Assembly: GCA_951804945.1 (NCBI GenBank)
Contig: OX638154.1
Location: 42,904,001 to 42,968,000, forward strand
Reading direction: 5' to 3'
Source: Podarcis cretensis
Taxonomy: Eukaryota
DNA: 64,000 nucleotides
The position numbers were made by a program, and so were the translations under genes. Below, in pieces: positions 51,601 through 62,182 of this stretch. Each line of letters opens with the position of its first letter. Position 1 is the first letter of the stretch. A model generated the notes under the pieces. The model did not search any database. It had not been told where the DNA came from and worked only from the letters and a program-made list of their open reading frames with translations.

Positions 51601-54600
51601 TTGTTCAAACTGTTCAGTAATTTCCATTAAATGTTGCAGGGCCTACAGAGCTGTAGCTCTCTGTGGCAAAGCAACTATACTTGGATATCTTGGAAAGATA
51701 AGCAAAGGTTTGGGAGAAAGAAAGAGTAGTTTTGAGTATATCAGACCTTTTCAGAATATCTTTATTTTATATGAATGTGTGTGTGTGTGTGTGTGTGTAT
51801 AGTTGTTGTTTTAATGCAAAAGGCTGGGAGACACTGGACTCGATTACTGTGATGCAAACAGCATCAGCAATAGAGTAATCGCCTCAATTCAGACATAACA
51901 GCAATTCATGGTTTGTCACTATGAGAATTAGCCAAGTGTCAGGGCTTGCTTGTTCCTCCTTCCCCTTCCTTTCTCCACTGAACACAAGGGGTGCAGATTT
52001 GAAGCTTTTACTTCAAATTTGTGCTAAACCATACGTTTTCATTTCATCTAAATGTGGCAAACTATGGTTTATGGAACCCATAATTTACAATAAAACTAGG
52101 ATCTCAAATGAGAATCTAGCTGTGGTTTGGCATCCCAATTTGATTGTAAACAACGGTTTGCATGCAACAGTTTGCCACATTCTGTTGAAATGACAAACCA
52201 TGGTTTGCTGCAAATCAGAAGGAAAAATTTCCAATTCACCACTCCCCAGATTTCTTCTACAGAAATTGTTACAAGAAAGCCTTTTTAGACTGCTATGATT
52301 GCTCTTGGGCTAATTCAAATTACCAGCAACATAACAAATGCATAGATGCTATACAACAAATCCAGGAAAAATGTGTCTAGAAATAAGATTCTGAACCATT
52401 ATTTAAATTCTCCACTCTTCCTCAAAGCAGTTTTGCAAATTCTAAGAAAAATCCAAATTTAGTGTGGGAAGCACCTTCAGAGTTCAAAAGGTGCACTGCA
52501 TTCACTAGCTATTGTCAACCAGAACATTATCCCCTCCCCCCCTTAATACAGTATGGGAAGAAATATCTGATAACATTATCAGCAAGTGCTATATATAACA
52601 TACCCGGAACCTGCCCACTTATAGAAATATGGGAAGCGATTCATTTTTAAAATGTGTATTCAGGGAAATACTTTTCCCACATATTGCCATTCAGGAGATA
52701 AAAAGCAGCAGCTCATTAAATAATGTGAGAGACTGAGCTGAATTTGGGGGTCTTTCTGGAAACGTTACAGAATATTAAGAGTCAGCTTTGTTTTGCACTC
52801 ACTTCCCAGAGGGCTACTGAACTTTCACTTAGCTTGACGGATATTTCACAAAGAGTATTTTATCCTATTACAAGTCTGCAAGTTGTGGCATTTTCCTACG
52901 GAGGGTCGTTTGTTGATTACAGCAGTGATGGGAAAGGCTGTGCATCTCTAGCTCATTTCTTGCAGTTTTCAGGAGGCTATTGGATGCCTCTGTTTTATAG
53001 GTTTCCCTATCAATAAGAAGTATTTAAGCCTGATTAATAGTATATCAAGTTGCAGAGATGTTCTTACGTTGTGCAAGCTGATCGCCTTACAGAAGAATGT
53101 ATTATTATTACGAAAGCTAACAAAGGATATACAATTTCAATTAAAAGTATTCACATTCTGTCTTCTTTCTTTCAAATGCATGTAACTGCTTAATGTTGTA
53201 ACAAAGCACATTCCCATGACTCATTCCCATAACTCTCCAACAATTGGGAGATTTTGTTAGTCTTCATTCCCTGGTATATACAATCGTAAAGACTGATACC
53301 ATGTAGGAAACCCTTTCTCTAGAAAGCACTATTTCCTTAGCATAAATGAAATGTAGAACATATTGTAGATTATCCTCTAAAAACTTCTACATTATAGTCT
53401 TAATTGTACATTAATATCGCATTGCAAAAATACTTGTCTTCTGGGCAGCGCAGTTCTGTCCTGGGGAGGCGGGGAAGAGATTGCATGGCAGAGCAACTGT
53501 TGTATCCACAGCCCTGGCAGCATCTGAAGAGTTTGGATTTGATATCCCGTTTTATCACTACCCGAAGGAGTCTCAAAGCGGCTAACATTCTCCTTTCCCT
53601 TCCTCCCCCACAACAAACACTCTGTGAGGTGAGTGGGGCTGAGAGACTTCAAAGAAGTGTGACTGGCCCAAGGTCACCCAGCAGCTGCATGTGGAGGAGC
53701 GGAGACTCGAACCCGGTTCCCTAGATTACGAATCTACCGCTCTTAACCACTACACCACACTGGCTCTCAAAAAGTCACCCAGTGAGTTTTATTGCCAACT
53801 GGCAGCCTTGTCCAATACCCCTAAGAACTTTTGCTAGTCTTAAAAAAAGTCTCTCTCTTTTTTCGCTTCCCTCAGAATGGATGGGTATTTTGATCAAGCA
53901 GCATCATTGGTTGAACAAAATGGCCCCCTCACTGCATTTATTTTGTAAGCAGTGCAACAGGAGAGGTGGTGTCTTCTGGACAGAGGGTCATGAAGGGCAG
54001 AAAAATAAGGGACTTACCCGAGGTAGCAAACAAAGCTCTTCCCAGCAGGCTGCTGGCAGCCATTTTCTTCTGCCAGAATCTATCTGGGAACGACAGTAGG
54101 TGATGACAAAGTGTCATTCCCACGAGACTTCTGGGATGAAAATGGCGACTGCTATACCAAAGTACTGCATTATCATGTAAGGTTGTTTTCATATGGGTTC
54201 TAGTAAAAGAAAAGGTGATCTTCCAACCAGAGACCACTGGAAATAATTCTATTCTACTGCTGTGAAACTGCCAAGGAAAAGGGAGTAAAGCAAAGGGAGA
54301 TGCCATGGCGCCAGGGGTGTGCCTACCGACCCCAAGTGGCCTGGGTGTTTCCTAAAAGGCTAGAAAAGGCCAGGAAGGACATAAAACCTGCAATGCTTCT
54401 TTTAGGAGCAAGGAACCTAGTTTGGGAGTGGGATTAGTCTGGAACCTGGCTGGAAGCTAGGAGAGATAATGTGGGGTGCTGGTGGTGGTGGAGTCATGGG
54501 GTTCTGTTCAAACCCTTTCCCCCTCTTGAGCTGTTGTTTTAAGCATTCATCAGTCCAGCCTGCTTGCCCAAAAGCCAGTTCTTCTCTACTTGTTTAGTGC

Positions 54601-57600
54601 AAATCTGGTATACCCTAACCTGAAAAAACATGTCAAGTTTCAAAAAAGGGAGAAAATTATACTTATTGGACCTGTGAGTGGGCAGATACATAGTGAGCCA
54701 ATCAACACAATATACAAGAAGCTGGATGCTAATGTCAGTAAAATAAAAACTTGAGAGCTGCTTAAAATCTGAAATTATTATGGCAAGCAAGGTGGTGATG
54801 GTGAAAATGATTGCCTATCAAGCAATTGTTTTCCTGATTTACAGTCTAGCTCTTATTGCATTGAAATAATGGCTATCTATTACAAATAAGCACATTTAAA
54901 GGTAAAAATAAACCTCAAGTAAAGCAATCTACTTTGCAAAAGACCCAGCAGTGCCAAACACAAACAGTTACTGGCATGTTAGTCAACTTTGAAACCTGTT
55001 AATATTGGATAAAATCATGTCACAAACATATATTTGAGAATCAGAAAGTGAGAGAGAGAGATGTAGACAGAGAGAATGAATTACTATTATTGCCTAAAAA
55101 CTTGAATGGGTTAAAAAAATGATGATTCATTTTAAAATAAAAAAAACTTAAATTATTATTTATTAAATTGGTATACCACCCCATACACACAGGTATTTAG
55201 TTGAAAAATAACTAAATTATAAATACTAAGTTTCTCATAATCATCTAGTTTGACATTAAGTAATGAGGCTACAGGCATGCTCGTCCACCCTTGAATTTAT
55301 CAACTGCTTGCTCTAGGCAACAAGGAATTCCATGCAGGCAAGGGAGTGGGATGGCCAATGGTGGAAGAACTACTGTACATCTCCTTTGCCAAACCCAAGG
55401 AGCCTATTGAGGTTCTCTCTCTCTCTTTTTTTTGCAAACTCATAATTTGTGATGGTTTAGTTACAGTGGTGTGTTAACTCTACAGTCACTCTCTAACCGC
55501 ATGTCTTCTACCCAATAAAGATGGCTTTTATATGTAAATAAAAAACCAAGCTGATCGTTTCTCACTAATGAAGATTTACACTCCACCTACCAAACATAGG
55601 CATTTTATCTTTGCCAGATGAAAATAAACTGCTTTAGTCTGCCCAGTAACAATGAGTCCTGCTTTGATCTATAAGCCACAAGCACTTCATTTTCGTTTGC
55701 TACTCCCCTACCCCCCACCCTGCGAGGGTGCGGCTGGGCCAAGTGAAGCAGAAAGGAGCAATACTGGAAAGAAGAACCAAAGTCCACATTGTATGGGTGT
55801 GAAGGTTCCTACATTTCTATCCTTAGGATACAGCCATAAACACATTTACTTGGAGAAAGCCCCTTTGAAGTCAAGGCTACTTGCTTCTAAGTAAACATGT
55901 AGGGTTGTGCTGTTAACCTTGCAAACTGTCATCTGCATAGATTCAGAAAGAATCTATACGGAAATATTTTAAAGATATTCTTTCTATTGGTAAAAGAAAA
56001 GAAAAACATGCAAAATGCATATTGTTTGACTATGGGAGGCAAGGCCTGGTTGCAAAACTGAAACAATAGTATAATTAATGCTCTGTTTCAGACATAGGGA
56101 AGTTGTTGTTCTCCAAACATTGTTGCTCCCATCAGCCCCAGCTGGTATGGCCAATGGTCAGGGATGATGGGAGCTGGAGTCTAACATCCAGAGGGCTACA
56201 TTTCCCCTATTCCTGCTTTAACTAGTTGTAAATGAACATGGTCTACTGGTCAGATCTGCATCACACTTTAGGAAATATGAGATGAAATATAAATGGGAAA
56301 CTTGATTCAATGACCGCCTTTTCCTTGCTTATTTAAATAATTTGAATCACCTTGGTTTAAATCAGTCCACCCTGTCTAAAATTAGCAACTGTATGCCAAG
56401 AATGATGCTTAGCCATTGGTACCTTCAAACAACCTGCTGGATAAAAATATATTTTAGACCCAAATGATGCAACTAACTATTTTGAAAAACAATGCAGGAT
56501 ATATATGATACCCCTGAACTGCTTTTCTGCAATGAACTCATTATTTAAAAATAATACAGCTAAATCCATCATTCTTGAATATAAATACTGAATTTAACAC
56601 CAATAAAACACAATGGAAACGTTAATACATAGGACAGCATTGCTATTTAAAAATGTGGCTGGGGTAAAAAGGAAACACATTCAAATCATTTGAATACATT
56701 TGATGAACAACAAAGGTTATTAAAAGCTCATTCTTCCAGTATTTGCACTGAAAAAAGTACTTAATAGAAGCTTAAAGGAAAGCTGACTATAGGATAAAAT
56801 TGAGAGGTTTTGCATAAAAGCTGCTTTGCAATTTTTGTTATCAGCTGTTCCTTTGAAACACACAATGTCTTTTATAGTAGGGAAATCTGTATTCTCACAT
56901 AGCAGGAGAAATAATTTACGGTAAATCATTTCACAAAGGAGAAGCAGCGGGAAATGACGTGGAATCTTTTATCAATGTTATCTTGCCCCTTTTGAAAAAA
57001 GAGAGTATGCCTACAGTACAGGGACAGGCTAGGGTCTGGGGAAAGAAATGAAGACTTGAAATGTTTCACATGAGGCAGAGATGCAAAGGACAGGCAGCAT
57101 GAGGCACTTGTACTTATTTATTTCATAAAATTTATACTCGACTTGATTGTTAAAAACTCCAGGTGGTTGTATTTCCTGTCACCCCCAGCATCAATGTCAC
57201 TCCAAAAGCTGTCGTGTGGACATTCTAAATCATGTGACTAACGTCATGTGGAGATGTCTTCTGAAACCAGTGGAAAGCCAACATTTCTCAGATCTTCCCC
57301 TGATGTGTGGTCAGGACTGGCAGGGGAAGCAACAGCTGGAGTGGAGCCAGTGGGTGCTCTCCTACTCCACACAATGTTAATCGCACAATTTAGAACTCCC
57401 ACATAGAGCTACATGGAACTTCACAAGTAGTTTTGATAAGGATTTTATATGGCAATGATTAAGAGAGCTACTTTTGTGGGACGGGGAGGGGGCATATTTA
57501 AGAGGCTGCAAATGATTCTTGCTCAATTTACAGCAGGCCAAGACCTCACACATCAAAGGCTGGTTTTTATAGAGGCGTGTGTGGATTTTGAAATACTCTT

Positions 57601-57612
57601 GGATGAAGCTTG

Positions 57613-57652
<40 letters not shown>

Positions 57653-60600
57653 TCTTTATTGTCATTGCCCCCTCTCAGGGACAACGAAATTTATGTCCAG
57701 CTTGGCAGGGCACACCTCTCTCACCCCAGTTACACTGGCATCATGTTCTCACTTACCTTCATTCAGCGGAAGTGGTGACTCCCCCGTGGCAGGCTCACCT
57801 TCCCCAATCTGTGTCCTGCCACGCAGGTTGAATCTATAGCGTGATATGGGGTCCGTCCTCTGGAGTATAAACTTTGTCTGATTAGGAGAGAAGTTTTCCA
57901 CCATTGTTCTGCCACTTTTGGATCCATTAACTGGAGAGAGAGGCAGGCTGTGTAGGCTTCAGTCTTGTTTTGAGAAACATGCTATGCTATGCATCTCACC
58001 ACTTCTCAGTCTAGGATTACACCTAACAAGAGCACTGGCTTTGTTTAAAATGGGGCATGTTCATTTTAGAGGACTTTTAAGCAAAAACGGCTGGGGAATG
58101 TTATGCATTCAAGAAGGAAGAATTTTAATTAAGCTAATTAAACTTTTAGCTCCCATGTAGGCCAAAGATAATGCACCATGTTAGTTTTGCAGGGGCTTTC
58201 AAGTCAGGGATGTTATGGTGGGGAGCTTTTGCACTAATTATTTGAGCAAAAATTACATTGTTCATGCATTTTCCAACAGTTAGGGGCAGGAGATTTTAGG
58301 AAGTTAGATGCATGCTTGTTCAAATTCTATCAAGGGGTGGGGAGGAGGTACATTTTCAGGTGCCACTGGCCATATTCTTGGAAATATCTTCTTATGTAAA
58401 TAACATTTAACTATAGAATCAAAATGATCAGTAAGAAAATTTGTCACACGTATCTGGAAATTAGCCTGTTAGTGATTCCTATGAAATCCTCCTGCACTAA
58501 GATATGCAATTCAACTCCCAAAGAAATTCTAAATCCTGAATTCCTGAATTTCCCCTCCACTGATTTATTAGTATTGTTTTTTTCTAATTCCAAATAAATC
58601 AAGATTCTAAATCCTGGTTAATAAAGAGACAACAAACAAAAACAAGCACAGGACATACAGGCTTGGTATCTAAGGGTGTATCCAATAAGAATGCCATTGG
58701 GGTGTTCAGGGTGTTCCCATTCCATAGTGATGGTTTCCAGGTTTGGTTGGCGGATTCGGAAATACCTTGGGGGACTGGGTGCTTCAGGGAAAGATGGGTC
58801 CAAGAGAGAAAAGGGAAGAGGAAAAAGACGTACAAGGTAAGGTAACTTAGAAGGCAGACTGGTCAAGAGTATGCATATAGAAAAGTTTGAGTCTGGTGGC
58901 ATGGAGAACTTGGTAGGAGCTGTATAAGATGCAGTTTCAGTGCAACACAATCATGCTTGGATATCCATTAACAGGAACCTATCCTACTGTTTCACAGTTG
59001 TAAACATTTAGTCCTTGGTGCACGTGTTGTGCTTCCTTCTGTGGGCTAAGCCACTCCTATGAGCTTGTCTATTGCCAGATGCAGTTTTCATATAATTAAA
59101 AACCTACAGTCCTTACCCTTGCCTGGAACTGTACAGATAACCGAATACAGTGGTTCCCCGCAAGATGAATACCTCGCAAGACGAAAAACCCACTAGACGA
59201 AAGGGTTTTCCGTTTTTCGAGGCGCTTCGCAAGACAAATTTCCCTATGGGCTTGCTTCGCAAGACGAAAACGTCTTGCGAGTCTTTCCCCCCCCCTTTCT
59301 AAGCCGCTAAGCCACTAATAGCCGCTTAGCTGCTAATAGCCGCAAAGCCGCTAAGAGCGCTAATCCGCTAAGCCGCTAATAGGGATGCTTCGCAAGACGA
59401 AAAAACCGCTAGACGAAGAGACTCGCGGAACGGATTATTTTCGTCTTGCGAGGCACCACTGTATGTAAGTGGATTTCATCATTCTATCTCTTTGGGATGG
59501 TGCCTTCTTGGCCCATTTGCTTTCATCACAGCTAAAGTCACCATAACCAGCTCTGTTTCCTATGCTCAAAGCACACAAAGCTTATCTGAGCACAAATCAC
59601 AACACTCAACTTTGAGCAACATGAGCCACATTTTATCCATGATGCTTCATGCAACCAAAGCCAAGGCCATCTAAGTCCTATTGATGTTGATGTGAGAGTC
59701 GAGCAGTGGGGGCTCGCAAGCAGGGTACTGCAGTATGTAGGAAGAGGCTGCTGGGGAAAGACCCTCTCCTGCCATGCCCTTTATGGGCAGGTATATGGGT
59801 CAGAGAGTAAAAAAAGACAGCTTCACAAATGATGTCAAGAAAATTGCTTTTATAAAGGTAGTTTCCGCCCATGCTTCTTAAAAAGACTGTTTGGAAGGAA
59901 ATTTCCTTGATAAAGGAGATTTGCTCAAAATGCATTAGGAACTCAATCATTTGTGAAGCTGTTTCTTTGTGTGGGTGTTTGGTCTTTTCCTACAGATATT
60001 TTTAACCCTCCTTTGCCTGCTGCCTGAATGAGATCCACATATGTGTGGAACTGCTGACTGACCCCAAGGGCTCTCACCTCCCTGCATCACAATGAAATGG
60101 AATGGATTTTTTAAATGCCTTTCCAATATGCAGCTGGTTAGAGTTTTATGCTGAAACTTCCAGGGCTTACCAGTATAATTCTATGCATAGCAAAAGAGCA
60201 TTTAGCAAGTAGGTAAGTATGGGACACGGGTGGTGCTGTGGGTTAAACCACAGAGCCTAGGACTTGCCAATCGAAAGGTCGGCGGTTCGAATCCCTGTGA
60301 TGGGGTGAGCTCCCGTTGCTCGGTCCCTGGTCCTGCCAATCTAGCAGTTTGAAAGCACGTCAGAGTGCAAGTAGATAAATAGGTACTGCTCCGGCGGCAA
60401 GGTAAACGGCATTTCCGTGCACAGCTCTGGTTCACCAGAAGCAGCTTAGTCATGCTGGCCACATGACCCGGAAGCTGTATGCCGGCTCCCTCAGCCAATA
60501 AAGCGAGATGAGCACTGCAACCCCAGAGTCAGTCACGACTGGACCAATGGTCAGGGGTGCCTTTACCTTTTAAGTGCACTCAAGCAGTGGACCCAGTTCA

Positions 60601-62147
60601 AGCTTCTGTGTGATACATATAAATGCACAATTTGGCTCACTAGCAAGGCAGAAATCAGATTTCATTCAATCCAGTTACCAAAACCAGCAACAGCTGGGGG
60701 GGGGAACCCCAGGATTTCACTTTCTAAAAATTACAACTGGAATGAATTCTTGGAAGAATCTTCAAGAACAAAGATATCTGTCTGGTGTGCAATTCTGTGG
60801 TTTTAAGTATCTCTAGAATCATAAAGGCGCTGGTGCTTATCAGTCAAAGCATGGTCCATTAGAGTGATATGAGATGGCAACTGTAAACATTAAAGAAGCT
60901 TTCACTGCTAGTTATGAGAACTGATGAAAAGCTATTGATCTAGCTGTGAAAGCAAATACAGGCAGTACTCTCAATTCTACCATAAAATCTATCCTTGAGT
61001 ATGTTAAGAATCAGATGGAATTTGTAGAGTTAGGTAGTAATTGCAACATAAAACCCTTCCATAGATCATACTGCCACGTGCGGCAATGGATCTCATGACT
61101 GTTCCAATTTTACAGAATAAAGCTAAGAGAGACTTGTCTGAGAATACTTAAGAGGACAAACAGGAGAACTAGAAATAAAACCTGGTGCCAAAAGTCAGTG
61201 CATCGTGCTCTGCCTAACTCACCCATTTTCAGTTAGTTTCCTTGTGCATTCATTTGTCTATCATAATCTATTATGAGTCTGAAGCTGGTGAAAAACAATC
61301 CCATGAATCAGAACAGTCTCAGTCCTTAGGGCTTCACTGTGTTGACTTTTGCCTTGCTCCACACTGCAGGAGCACACAGTAATCTGGCAGCTGAAGCCAG
61401 CCTAACTATTCATTTCAAGTGGAAAATCCTTTTTGAAGTCTTTATCAGGACTGATGACATAGAATCTAAGGCTCTCAATAAGACCGTGTTCTGTTCTACT
61501 TTCTTATTTCACACATAAAAGGATGGGATTCTGCCAAGCTGGGCCAATATTATGCAGAGACCTACCTCCTTCAGGCATTGTGAACTCCAGAGTTTCACTT
61601 CGAGGCCCATCTCCTCTCCCGTTGACTACAACCATCTCCAGTTTGTAGTTGCTGTAAGGAAACAGTCGGGACACTATGCCCCGTGTCCGGTCTCCAGTAA
61701 AACCCATAGACTGCTTTTTCTTAGAGACCCATAGATTCTTCAGCAAACTACTTTCTCTCCAGAAGTAGGCCTTCAAGAAACATGCAAGGTGAGTGATGTT
61801 TTCCCCATTTGAGTGTTAACTGGATTTCAAGGACAAAGTCACTATGGATCTTCTTCCACACAAGGATTAGTTCGATCTCACCAACCATTCCACAGGAGAG
61901 GAGGAAGTCAATACTGTTTATTGCTCATTTTACAGATGGGGAGACTGAGACATATGGAAGCTGACTCTTGGTCAAGACCATTTAGGCAGATTATGCAGTG
62001 GCTATCAAAGAACTGCCCCCTCAGCAAAGACCAGGCTTCTAGGCTTCAAACTGCAGTCTTCCCTCATCTCTCACTGATTATTATTATTATTATTAGCAGT
62101 AGTAGTAGTAGTAGGATGAAATTTTAATTTGTCAAGAATCACTCATG

Positions 62148-62182
<35 letters not shown>

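Noticed and set aside
57449-57831. Poly-Ile and poly-Asn ORFs, and the poly-ER ORF at 48502
   Set aside because: Translations of (AAT)n and (GA)n microsatellites.
59117-59128. Possible 12-nt microexon TTCCAGGCAAGG (VPGK)
   Set aside because: The donor is fair but there is no pyrimidine tract, the site abuts a MITE end, and such matches are expected by chance.
59160-59450. Repeat-spacer-like pattern resembling a CRISPR array
   Set aside because: Eukaryotic intron; the repeats are short, irregularly spaced, in both orientations and enclosed by TA-flanked TIRs, so this is a MITE.
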